Source: Toensbergia leucococca (taxonomy: Eukaryota). Taken from it: DNA of 64,000 bases. A program made the position numbers and the translations under genes. The notes under the pieces are model-generated. The model was not told the DNA's origin, ran no database searches, and saw only the letters and a list, made by a program, of their open reading frames with translations. Position 1 is the stretch's first letter; every line of letters starts with the position of its first letter. The DNA lies in the NCBI GenBank assembly GCA_022813965.1, contig JALDZS010000036.1:1-64000 (forward strand), written 5' to 3'. Of the stretch, positions 1 to 12,721 are shown piece after piece.

Positions 1-1
1 C

Positions 2-181
2 AAGGATAGAGTCGCAAAGAGAAGGCCTTATCCTCATGATCATGCTCAATTACATGCAGCGTGGATGGATGAGTGGGAAAAGCTGAGTATAGAACGAGAT
101 ATCAACCCATTGATAGAGAACCTAGAAAAGAGGATTTGACAGGTCCTAGAGCATAATGGGAACAATAACTTCCACGGTTGA
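2..181 (+). pseudogene. C-terminal fragment of a Tc1/mariner-like transposase, truncated by the window start
   Basis: Manual translation KDRVAKRRPYPHDHAQLHAAWMDEWEKLSIERDINPLIENLEKRI*QVLEHNGNNNFHG* resembles the Tc1 C-terminal pattern L..A...EW..I....I..LI....R...V....G. One in-frame TGA, probably from CGA. Confidence 0.6.
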
Positions 182-351
182 ATTGATGTTCATACTTGTA
201 GAATAGGTGAAAATCACGATAACTGACCTGTTCTATGCCAAGCCGCAGTTCCTACGTTGGCCATTTGCAATACTTTAAAAATTGACCTCGTAGCATGATA
301 ATTTAAATTAGGTAAGCATAAAATTAATCAAGTAGATAAAGGAGAATAGTT

Positions 352-406
352 GATAAAAATAATAGATAAAAATAATAGATAAAAATAATAGATGAAAATA
401 ATAGAT
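352..406. repeat. 13-bp tandem repeat (GATAAAAATAATA x ~4.2)
   Basis: Units at 352, 365, 378 and 391, directly abutting the LTR at 407. Confidence 0.9.
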
Positions 407-622
407 TGTTATAGTTAGGCCTAGAGTCTAGTCATAAGAATACTATTGAATAGAACACTAAAGGTAAAGATCTAAAAGTATAGAAGGGAAACGCTGTATA
501 AGTATTTAACAGGGTGTTACTAAGTAACAGCTGTGACATTTGACAACCTTACATGTCAACTTCTAGCTCTTGTGTTAATCTTGATCTGTGTGTAAGCTAG
601 GATGCTAAGGCGGACTGTAATA
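407..622 (-). repeat. 3' LTR of copy A
   Basis: TGTTAT...GTAATA, 216 bp, homologous to the LTRs at 7085, 15205 and 21841. Confidence 0.92.
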
Positions 623-3600
623 TTACCTCCCCTCACAAGTAAGCAATGCACTTATTGCTTGTGAGGAATAAAAGAAAAGAAATGAAAAAATGAAAAGAAA
701 ACGCTTTTGTTGTGTAGAAAAAACTATCACGTCCTTGCTCATACCATATCAGAAGTTGTGAATTTGTATGAGAAAATTAATGCGTGCATACAAAAACGTG
801 CATCCTAAAATTTTTTCCTGCAGTTCAGCGCGTGTGAGCGCCTGATAGCCTAACAGATACTCAGTAAGTGTATAAAAGAGAGTCTTTCATCTGTTTATCT
901 TAATACCTGCTGACTCAGCTTGCAGGGATAAGGATTAGGGCTGTCAGTTGACTTTCTGACTAAAACCTCAGGGCACTTTTCTTAAGGCGCTTAACGGCGG
1001 CAGGTCAAAGTCCCAGGTCTGTTTGATTGAAGCCTTGAATGAAGACTTAACTGCGTCACTTACTCAAGTTGCAGATAAGCTTCAGGTGACTTTTAGGCAT
1101 TAGAGAGCTATTTTTAACAGTAATACAGGTGAGGTTTAGGCTTGTCTGAGTACTAAGCATGAAATGCATTCATGAGTTCTTAAGAGTGCTTAAACTCATT
1201 GTTATTCATGTGATATCAGGTGTTATTCTGAGGGTAGTTATGTCATTTGACTCAGTATTGAAGGCGGCGGTTGATATCAGTACAGCGGGAATCTATGATC
1301 TCATCTATCACTCATTTATCTTGATTATTCACTATCACTGACCTGAGGGAAGCGTTGATCTGCTCAGGAAGAGGGTCCGTGATAGCAGCTCAGAGGTGCA
1401 TGATATGAAATATTAGGTGTATCTTTATAAAGGCCGGAAGCTCTAGCCGGTAGGTAATTTTAACCTTCTGCAGAATCTTGTATAGGCCTATGTTCTTGTC
1501 ATCAAGTTTGAGGCATGACCTCTTAGTCTTGATGTTGCAACGGTTAAGAAAGACCTCCTAACTTATCTCATAGGTAATATCTTTATGACGGCGTGTAGCG
1601 TGATTAATCATGATAGCTTGAGCTCATTGCAGTTGTGCCTTTATGTATGTCAGGCTATCTTTTATAGTTTCAGCAATGTCTTCTGCTTAGTAAGCAAGAA
1701 GACGCTCTCAGATACTTTAATAAGTAAAGGTATCTGAGCTGAAACTTATCTGAGAGTAAAAACCTTTGTTTGTAAAGAACAAAGACATTCCTGTAGTCAA
1801 GAAAATGTTATTATTATCTGCAAATTCTCTCATAAGTAAGTGTCAGACTTAGTTATTCTGATAATAATTGCAATAGAGTCAGAGATAAGACTCTATGTCT
1901 TAATTGACGCGTTCAGATTGCTCATTTATCTAAGGGTAAAAGACAGTGCTCAGGTGAATATTGATAAACAGACGCTTGCATAAGGTCTTTTACATAATTA
2001 ACACAAACTGAGACTTATAATCTGAAATAATAGAGGTCGGCAGCTTATGCAGTTAAAAGACATTCTGAATCATCATCTTTGCAGTTCACTTTACTGAGGT
2101 GCTGTTCTCTTTGATAGAGCATGAGACATAGTAACGTTCCTTGATGAGGTAGTCAATAATGATAAGAATAACGTTTCTACCTTTAGACTCTAAAAGGTCA
2201 GTGATAAAATTTATAACAATATTCTCTCAATGTTTTATAAGAATTAACAATAACTGCAGCAGCCCGTTGAGCTTCTCTCTAGAGGCTTTGACCTGATGAC
2301 AGTCATAACAGTTTCAGCAGTAATGTTTCACAGAGGCTTACAATCTGAGTCAGAAATAATATCATTGTAGCAAGGCTTCCGTGCGGGTGATCCCTAAATG
2401 ATCACTGATTAAAGGGTTATGAACCTTCTGAAAGATCTCAAGCCTTAACTGATTATCTGCTAAGACTCATAACTTGTCTTTGCAGTAGAAAACATCATCT
2501 TTCAGAGAACATACCCGCAGACTGATGCTCTCATAGCGTGCCTTGCCTTCTGTTTAGGCTCTTTTAACTGTCAGACACTCTGAGTCAGTCTTGCTGACCT
2601 CTGCAGCTCATTTAAATAGAGGAGATAAGGAGTCATTTGAGTCATCCTTTGAGTCAGTCTTCAGAACATGATCTCTTATCAGGTCATTGATGACACTGAG
2701 AATATTTTTTTCTTCTGAGTTAGTGAGTTTAGAGGTGATAAGAGTCAGCTTCGTTAAAGGAGGCTCTAATCAGTCAGCTATTAGTAGAGTCTGATATTAA
2801 TGCAGCTTCTGAGGATCTTCATTATTTAGAGGTAAAGAGCTGAGCAGTCTGCTCAGCGCATCAGCCTTTGCATTCTGCAGGCCCGTTTGATATTGAATCT
2901 TGAAGTTAAACTCAGAGAGCTTTTCAGCTCAATGAGCCTGCCTTTAGATCAGTTCTTTACTTTTCATAAAGTAGATAAGAGCTTTATGATCAGTAAAGAT
3001 CTTTACAGAGGTTTTAGTACTCTTCAGATCAGGCTGTCAATTTTTAAGACAACAGATGATTGTCAGCAGCTCCTTGATATAGATCTTATAATTGTATTCT
3101 GCAGGCATAAGGTTTTTATTAAAGAAGGTCATAAGATGCAGCAGGCTATTATCTCTATACTGAGATAAGACGCCTTCACTGACATTATTTAAGGAGTCAC
3201 ATTTTAGAATGACCGCCTGAGTCTGATCAAAATAAGTAAGCATCAATGATTTTATCACTGTTTTCTTAAGCAGTTCAAAGGCTTTCTAATAGGCATCCGT
3301 TCAGTCAAACCGTTTGTTCTTGTCGCTTAGCTGCGTCAGTGAGTGAGTGATTTTACTAAAGTTCTTGATGAACCGCTGGAAGAAGTTATAGAAGTTAATA
3401 AAGGACTGTACCTTTTTGAGGCACTGAGGGGCGTTTCAGTTAGTGATCACCTCAATCTTCCGGAGGTTTATTCTTAGCCTATTAATAAAGATCAGCAAGC
3501 CTAGAAAGTTAGTCTCAGTGATAAAAAACTCACTCTTTTTGATGTCAATTTGCAGACCAGCAGCCTAAAGCTTCTTAAGAACATTTCTAACATGTTGAAC

Positions 3601-6600
3601 ATGTTCTTGCTGAGTCTTGCTATAGATGAGAATGTTATTCAAGTATGCTAAAGTATAGTCATTAAGACATTCAAAGAGGGTGCTATTGATATAATGCTAA
3701 AAGGAGGCTAATTTATTAGTTAAGTCAAAAGGAAGGACACAGTACTTGTACGCTCTCATAGAAATGCAGAAGGTTATGAGTTCCTTACTGTCTGAGTGCA
3801 TTCACAGCTTGTTGAAGGCTGCAATGATGTCAAACTTAATAATAAACTTGCAGCTGATGATTTGATTTAAAGTCTCATTAATCAAGGATAATGAGTACTA
3901 ATCTCAGTGAGTTAAGGCATTTAAGCATCAGTAATCTACGCAGAAGTGTAGGCTGTTATCTGATTTGACTACAAACAGGATAAGGGACGCAAAGGGGGCC
4001 TTACTTAGAATAATGAATCCCTTGTCTAAATTCTTCAACAAGTACTCCTTTACCTTCTAAAGTTTCTTCTCAGACATAGGGTACAGTCAGCTCTTCAGTA
4101 GTAAATCCTAACTCTCTAACTCAATCTTATGATCATAGAAGTGTCTGAGAGGCAGGACTTTGACTGCTTGCTTATCAAAAACATTAGCGTAATTATGATA
4201 TTTTGGAAGCAGTTTAATTATTAGTTCTGCGGTGTTTACTGAGCTCATTTTACTCAGAAAGGTTGCCTCTAATGAGAAAGGATCCTCAGTCACTTCTTGC
4301 ACCTGTAGCTTCTCAATCTTTATAATTATAATGAAGAAAACCTGATTCTGCAGGTTCTTTATTAGAAGGTAAAATGAGGCAGTGTTAACTTTATAAATAT
4401 TTATCAGGGTGAGTGTTTGATGACTCTCAGGTTGTCTTCAGGTCAGGACCGCAGCTTCTATCTTCATCAAGTTTACTGTAGCGTTCATTCTTTGATAAGC
4501 AATCTCAGTTTCTGTCCGGTGACTTCTGTATAATGTCTCTGAGAACAAAGGCTCTCAGGCATCTGAAAGAGCGCACAAAGATGTCTCATTTTCTCAGAGA
4601 AAGTTTAAGTTTTATCAGAAGTATTGTTAGTCAGGTCACTATAAAGGGGGAAGATATGAGAGAGAAGGCTTGCCTGAAGATTACTTAATCAAAGAGATTT
4701 TAACTGAAGAGACCTTAACTGAAGAGACTGAAGCTTTAAGGGATGTAGTGATGCGTTGATGACTTAGGGAGAGGTTGACTTTAGGTACATTCTTAACTGT
4801 CAGAACTGCTGTAGGCGCTTCAAGATAATCACACCTTTCAGACAAGAAATGAAGCTCATTAGCACTCATGTTCAGCAATACCCCGTGATGATTTATTTAG
4901 GTTTTCCCTAAAATAAGATCATATTGATATAAGATGATGATCAACAATAAGCAGGACAGTTTAGAGTGATTTATTACCTACAGACCTATTAGAATCTAAT
5001 GCGTAATAAGTGTGCTGTGTTTCTTATTAAACCCTCAGATAAGTTTAGGCTTGAGTAACAGAATAGATGAGATAGAGAAGAGTTTACAAAGGGAATGCGC
5101 AGCAATAGAATCAATAAAAGCATAGTTATGAGCACTGATGTCAATCAAAGCTTGTATTTTGTAACTAATATTGATTACAAACAGAGTGCATGCTGTAATA
5201 AAAGACTTGAGTGTATAAGGATCCTGATTAGAATTTAAAGAAGCAATTGACAACTCTCCCTTTATTACATCTTTAATAAAGGGCTTTAGTGTGCCGTCTC
5301 TAGAGTCTCTTTAACCTTCTCTTCAGTCTCTTCTTCATCTTTATTCTCATTAATGTTAGAAATCTCTTAAATGTAATCTCTAAGACTGACTTTCTTAGGC
5401 TCTGTGTAGTTTTAAGTAAAGTGACTGAGCTTGCCGCAGTTGTAGCAGGTTCTAGGGATGCGCAGAAAGTCTTTCATATCTGCGGGCATGATTCAAAAGA
5501 GTCTTTTCAGTGAGAAGGTGAGAGCACAAGCGGCCACAAGCTTGCTAGTCAAGATAATTACTGACTTCTTCAGGCAAGCGCTGTGAGTTATCAAGGCCTG
5601 AGAGGTGAGAGTAAAGGCCTTGTAGATGGGTTTTGCAGAGAGAAGAGAGATGACTTCATGCAACGTTCAGTTGTATCTCTGTTTTTCATCTACCTTTTGC
5701 AGGTAGCTCTGCAGTTCTGAGAGGCTGATAAAGTCAGATGAGGTAGTGACTAAAACTGTCTGTAACTGAGGGTTGACTTTCTTCTCTAAATAGATAATAA
5801 GAGTAGTCTTATTGATGTCTAATAATAACATTAGGAGAAGGAAAGTTGCATAGAACTGATAAAAAGGCTCATTGTTTATCTGCTGTAGTTTATTAAAATC
5901 TTAGCAGGCGTTTTAAACCTTGTTAAGGTCCCTGTAAATAGTCACTAAATACTTAATAATGTTTATTGCAGATGAGAAAGGATTAATAACAGTGAACAGT
6001 AATCTAGATAGGCAATGATTAAGAGCATTACTCTTAAGAGAACAAATGACTAGAGTCTTCTGTTTCTGTGTGATAGAATACTGATCTTAATTATCAGTCA
6101 GCTTAAGCTTCATCTGCAGCTGTAATGCCTCAAAGGTAGAACTCTTTTTATCAGATAGCTTCTTAGGATCTGAAATCTCTTTAGACAGGTGTAAAGTTTG
6201 AGGAGAGGGATTGTAGAAGTCTGTAGATAAATTTAGTAATGAAGTTCACAGTTGTTTCTCTGTTAGAGCAGCGGACAGCTTCAGTTTGAGCTAACAGATC
6301 TTAGCTTGACAGTCCTTTATCTCTGTAATCTTTTTATCAAGCTTAGTCTGCGTTTCAAGCATCTGATCTAAAGAAACCCCTGCCTCTGAACCTCTAAGAT
6401 TAGCATGATTGAGGTCTATTACCTGCTGCGCAAGATGATCTTATTGCTGTTGAGCTTCTGTCACCCTTTCTGTCATAAGAAAATATTCATCTCATACTTC
6501 TCTCAGGTGTCAGAGGTAATTTATGCAGGCTTGCGGCTGCTGATTTAGAAAATTCTGTAGTTGTGTAGAAGTAGAGATGTCTTTTAGGTTGAGTGCTGCT

Positions 6601-7084
6601 GAATCTTTATCTTCATTGCTTTCAGAAGATAACTCAACGGGTGATGCGTTAAATAAGAGAAGGTTAGAGTAGAGTCAAAATTTAAGCTATGTCAGATGTT
6701 TAGAGGGTGACTGGCTGCTAAAAGCCTCTGCTTCAAAAGGATTGTTTATGATTAAGAAGAGATAGAGAGACAATTATAAAAGAGAGAAAGGGTTGAAGGA
6801 TATTGAGAAGGTTTGTTGTGATAGAAGGTAAACATTTGTTGTGATAATGCTTAAGGTGTTGAACAGTGTTAAGATGTTGTTTGTTATTGTCTGTTGTTGT
6901 GTCTTATGCGTAGGACGTGACACGTAGGACGTGACACGTAGTGTGTCAAGAGCCTTGACAAAAAAGTGTTGAAGAACAGTTTTGTTACACTTATATGAAG
7001 ACAAGATGAAATGAGAATATCTAAGGTTATCAGACTTGTATAAAGACAAGCTGATAAAACATTTGATGTAGACCTTTAGTGTAA

Positions 7085-7300
7085 TATTACAGTCAGGCCC
7101 TAAGTCTAGTCATAGAGATACTATTAAATAGAACACTAAAGGTAAAGATCTAAAAGTACAGGAAGGGAACGCTATATAAGTATTCAGCAGGGTATTACTG
7201 AGTAACAGCTGTGACATTTGACAACCTCACATGTCAACTTCTAGCTCTTGTGTTAACCTTAGCCTGTGCGTAAGCTAGCATGCTAGGGTGAACCATAACA
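7085..7300 (-). repeat. 5' LTR of copy A
   Basis: TATTAC...ATAACA, 216 bp, with a TATATA box at ~7174-7179. Confidence 0.92.
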
Positions 7301-10240
7301 TTAATACTCTTCTTACTGCCTTTTAATGAATCAGTCATTGAACTAACTATCTGTGAGTAATAATAAATAAATCTTTAATAGAAGTTTGTGAAGCTCAGAA
7401 AGAATTATATCTTCTTATAAATTAATCTTTAGAGCAAGTCATTTTGCAATAATAGTTATCTGTTAGAGATTCATTAATATTTCTTTAATATATATGACAA
7501 ATCTGAGAAACTTTATTTAGTTTACAATGAATGCATACTTCTTTATATTGACATACAATTGAGTCTAATGAAGTCATTTAAGCATCTGCTAAATGTAATC
7601 TCAATGACTTTTACTCTCTTTAAAGACTATAAGAATATCATTAAGATAGATAATATAAAAGATATTTATTAGTTTAGTTAATGCCTTATTAATACAGATC
7701 TGAAAGGTTATTGATGTGTTGACTAAGTTAAATAACATGATTATATATTTAAAGTAACTGTACTGTATATGAAACATAGTCTTTTACTTATTCTCATAAT
7801 CAATATAAATATAGTAATAGATATCTTTTATGTTTAATTTTATATAAATCACTGCCTTATTTAATTGATTCAGAATTTTACTAATAAGTGATAAAGAATG
7901 ATAAATCTTAATTGTAATCTTATTCAGATCTTTATAGTTTACACATAGTCATAAATCTTTATCTTTCTTAAGTACAAATAGTACTAAAGTATCTGTAGAG
8001 TTAATAATGAACTGAATTTATTCTTTTCTTAAGACCTTATCAAGATAGCTGAACAGCATCTTTAGCTTATTACTTAAGAGATTATATAATAAATTATAAG
8101 ATAATTGAGTACTCTCTTTTACTTCTATAGCATGATCACTGCCCTTATGCTTGAGAAGTTTCTCAGCATTCACTGCAGAGAAAATATCTACATAATCTGC
8201 AAGTTCTATAGAAACTAAAGAGCTCTCTGTATTTATACTAATACTGTTTAAGATAAACTGTTTAGAGTTAAAAGAGTCTAAAGTTAATAGTATAAACACA
8301 TAAAGCTTAGTCATTAAGAAGTCAGTAAACTGCTGAGCATTCTGCAATTTTAATTTAGACTTAACAACCTTAAAGTGTCATTGCTTGTCAATGACATCAA
8401 TTTGTATGCTCTTTAAGATCAAGTTTAACATGCTTAAAATTATAAGATACAACACTTAATTAATGATGTAGAAGTTTTACTCTATTACACACTTCTATTC
8501 TCAGCTATCTTGAAGTCACATATAAATATAATAAACTTTATAACAATAAACTTTCTTTTTATTTAAAATCTTTAAACAAGAGAGCTGTGCATCTTTAAGT
8601 GACTGCAGCTGATGTTCAATAATTACTCCCTGATTAATTATGTTTAAGAAAGAGTCAGTGTCTAACATGACTTCTAAAAAGTAACAAAAATCTTTACTAT
8701 AATGTTCTTTAAACATACTATGAGAGAAAGTGCTTTTACTTTTAATCTTGACTCAATTAATACTGATTTAATAAGCTCTGTTTTTTTTTTAAGTTAATAG
8801 CTCTGATTATTAAAGTCTTATTAAGATTCTCTGTCTTTTACTTATTCTTTTCAGAGCAGTCTGACAAATAATGACTTATCTTATGACACTTATAGCACTT
8901 AACATTCTTTAGATTCTTGATTGAGATCTTTTGCTATAAGCTCTTTAAATTTAAACTTAAAGACTTTAGCTTGCATGCTTCATATGACTTTCAGTAAGAA
9001 CTTAAGTCAATCATCTTTATCGGTCTTAATTTCAAAATATTGAAAGACTTCTTAAAAGAGTTATCATAATGATTATCAGAGAACTGTGCATCTTTTCTAA
9101 TAAGATTAAGATTATTCTTAAGTTTAATTAAGAGAAAAATTATATGTTCTCTGATCTTCAATGCATACAAGAAATTGATATAGCTTGCTCACAGATCTTT
9201 AAGTATCTGAGTCAAGAGATGATTCTTCTTATAATTTTTAAAGTACAATTTAAGCTGATCTTTCAATTTCTGAAGATATAAAGTAAATACAGAAATAATT
9301 TAGTTAAGATGTTATTTCACATTAACATATCATTGAATGACTTGTAGATTATAATTTATAGAATTAATAACATAATTTAAAAGAAAAGTTAAGAAGTTAT
9401 TATACTTATATATATCAATATTTATGCTTTTCAGTTTCTTGTTTTAGAGATTCTTTGAGTTTCTCTTTAAGCTCTGCATGACAAAAGTAATTTTGTTTTA
9501 ATCAGTGTAAAAGTTTTGAGAACAAAATAAAAACATAGTATTTGCATATAACTTTAGATAAGTATGCTCTTGCATAGTCTTTCTTATATATTTCAGTAAC
9601 TTTAATGAATAAAGAATGCTCATATAGTCATCATCATTATATTATTGTCTAAATCAATTTCTGTAAGAATTGTTCTTATCTGAGTAATATCTCTGTTAGC
9701 TTATTAAGTGTGATTCTAAAGTGTTCAGATTCTTGAGATAAAAAATTTCTGACTAAAGATCTTAAAAGCTAATTCTTTTCTTTAAGACATCTTAACATTA
9801 AATCAAAGCTTGAAATTCTTTCTTAGTTAAGACGTTATTCTTAGATCAATTATTATAACTTTTAGTTAGTGTCTTTTTAACTTCTCTTATGCGCTGATTT
9901 AATCTCTCTGAATCTTATTAAGTAATTAATTTAGCAGCAGACTTTAATTGACTAAAGTAAATACCTTTATAAGTAATATTATTTATATCATAAATGAATT
10001 GCCTTTCTTTATAAAATAAAGTAATTAAAACTGTAATATTATAGTGTGACAGAACTCTTACTACACTCAATTAAATTAGTAAACAATATAAAAAAGTATA
10101 TAAATAGTATTAAATCTCAATATAAATAAAATAGTAATATTATTAATATGCTTTATAATAGAACTAATTGCTAAGAAAGCAGAATAAGATAAAAGTAAGA
10201 TTTTCTCTATAAACAGAATACACTAATAGTATAATGACAT
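7301..10240 (-). mobile_element. Truncated, heavily RIP-degraded Gypsy element of a second family (gag-PR-RT, probable 5' LTR ~10037-10240)
   Basis: Knuckle VKCYKCHKISHYLSDC at ~8854-8903; protease-like VMLDTDS in ORF 8516-8716; pre-RT segment 8018-8347; IYLND (from YLDD) at ~7631-7650. It is cut at 7301 by copy A. LTR limits are uncertain. Confidence 0.82.
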
Positions 10241-12721
10241 GATACCTGATTATTTATCAGCTTTTATCCAGATTTTATATTAATTACTCTAAAACTTCTA
10301 GCGCTATGACTATTATTTATATCAGGTCTATAGTTATTAAATGTGCGAGAAAGAATTACAGACACAAGCTCAGTAAGCTACACATTATTCTAAATGTCTT
10401 ATTCTGTCTAATCAGTATAAACATCAGTCTTATAAGAATAAATAAGAATAAGCTTAGTGCACATTATCATACAACTCTGATTGAGATTAGTACAGATTTT
10501 AGAAAAAAGATTATAACTGATTATCTAGATGACAAAACATAAAGATAAGTCATGAAATTACTAACTAAAAATAAGATTTTAAAGTTAGACACTATATTGC
10601 TATCTTTTGAGTTTGAATCTTCTTTAAAATCTGTAATAACCTCAGTCAGTAGATCTAACAAACTGACATCTTAGAAACTAATATCTGTAAAGTCTAAATT
10701 CAATAAGAACTTCTCACACCTTATGTATCATGTTAACTGACTTATCAGTTATCAATGACTCTGTATACTAAGCTCTTACATGCAGAATATTTTAAATATA
10801 GCATATAATAAAGATTATTTAGACTACACTCATTGCTTTGAGAAAATTTCTTTTAGCTAATATATATAAAGTCTCTTTAAGCACCTGCGCAGATATCTTT
10901 ATCACTATTCACAATATTTAATTTTTCAGACATGTTATTATATCTCTTATGAGTCATTGCAATTTATTCAGAGTTCTCTTACCTCATTTCACATTATATC
11001 TCTTGACTTTATTCTTACATTAATAAAGTCTATAGAGAGTCTAAATTTCATATTATTAGTTATGTGTAAGACTAGTAAATAAGTCACTCTGATATCAAGA
11101 AAAGACACATTTAAGACATATAATTAAGCTGAGTTATTACTAAATTATCTGACATTAGTAAATTGAGGTTTATTTAAGTTACAGATTATAATGCTAAGTT
11201 TCTTTTTAATTTATAAAGAATATAATTTACTAAGCTTAGTATTAAAATGCTGTTTGTTACTGCCTATTATTCACAGACAGATAAGCAGAGTAAGAGAATT
11301 AATCAGATAGTAAAGATTGCTCTGAGATTCTATTAAAATACCCTTACTGATATAAAGAATTGATTAAAGGCACTGCTTAGAATTCAAATGCTGCTTAACA
11401 ATTTAATCTCTTTCTTAACTAAAAAGATCTCAAATGATATTATCTACAGATTCAAATCTAGAATATTATTAAAGCTTATTGCTGATAATTTATTATTAAC
11501 AGAGATTACACAGATAATTTCTAGAGTTAAAGTCACAGATACTATTATCTTCATAAATATCTCTCAAAAGCATTACTATAATTAATGTCATCAGTTTATG
11601 TTTATAAAAGTAAAGGACTAAGTCATGCTAAGGCTTTATTATGGTTATTTTATCTCATCAGTTACAAACTAAAAGCTACAGAAGCACATAATTAAGCTAT
11701 TTTATATCATTAAATGAATTAACAAGCAAGTCTATAAACTTAATATTTTTATTTATTGAAAAATACACTTTATCTTTTTAGTGACATATTTAAAGCTTAC
11801 ACCTTCTTTTATCAATAACTTATTTAATCAGTTACACTCAGATTATTTCTTATTTATATTTGTAGATAATGACATAAATATCTAAAAGTCCTTTGAGTTA
11901 AAGAAATTATTAAAGAAATAAGTTATTAAAAATAATCTTAATTTTATAACAGAATATCAAATAAGGTGAAAGGGCTACAGTCTGAAGCTTAATCAATAAA
12001 TTAATATAAAAGAGCTAAAAATTGCTCTCAAGTTACTTACTAACTATGAGTTTAAGATTTATCTTATTACTCTTAAGCTGTCACTTATTAGCAGACTTAT
12101 AAATATAAAGAAGTTCACACTTATTAAATTAGAAATCACTCTTACTATAATAAAGTCACATTATTCTCTGTGAATTTTATCACATATTGAGATTCTATCA
12201 CTGTCTTCTTCTTAAATTACTGTTGTAAAGAGAACTTTCTGCCTGCTTACATTCTGAAAGCTAATTACTTTCTCTGCTGCAAAAATATGAACACATTTTA
12301 GAAACCTGCTTATTTAGTATAAGCAACTGCTTAAATTCTCTGAAGATTCTAACACTATTATAAGTCACATTAAAGCTTCACTGCCTGCTTTATTATTAAT
12401 CTTACATTCACTTAAAAAATAAGAATAATTAAAAAAGGTTCAGTGAGAAGAGAGCTAATTATCTTTTATTTTTCATGCATTTGTTAGTTAAGTTAACAGA
12501 GACATTAAGAAGTTTTTTAGTTGAGAAAACTTGTTACAGTTATTTAGTATAGATAGTATATTAACTGAGCTGATGATGAGAAAGAAGCTAGTGAGGCTTA
12601 TATAATACTAGTAAATAAATATAATAGCTTAGATTCTGTTATTATGAGTTATTATCTTTAGACAATCATACACTAGCTAATTGCTAGCATTAAAATATCA
12701 ATAACCCTTCACAAAATAACA
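10241..12721 (+). mobile_element. 5'-truncated Gypsy chromovirus of a third family (RNase H end, integrase, chromodomain, 3' LTR ~12532-12721)
   Basis: HKLSKLHIILNVLFCL (from H.PGK.HIVPDALSRL), ISLDFIL, TAYYSQTDKQSKRINQ (from TAYHPQTDGQSER.NQ) and chromodomain EYQIR*KGY at ~11950-11980. LTR-like TGTTAC...ATAACA. Confidence 0.8.

Larger units (their letters stand above)
407..7300 (-). mobile_element. Full-length, RIP-inactivated Ty3/Gypsy chromovirus, copy A
   Basis: 216-bp LTRs at 407-622 and 7085-7300; minus-strand PPT (GAGGGGAGGTAA) next to 622; gag knuckle TCYNCGKLSH at ~5420-5450; degenerate protease (ALIDIS), RT and RNase H ORF fragments at 5035-5253, 4108-4302 and 3037-3258; integrase region; chromodomain VIDEIIDSR..LQY*VK*H at ~1140-1330; many stops. 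Confidence 0.95.
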
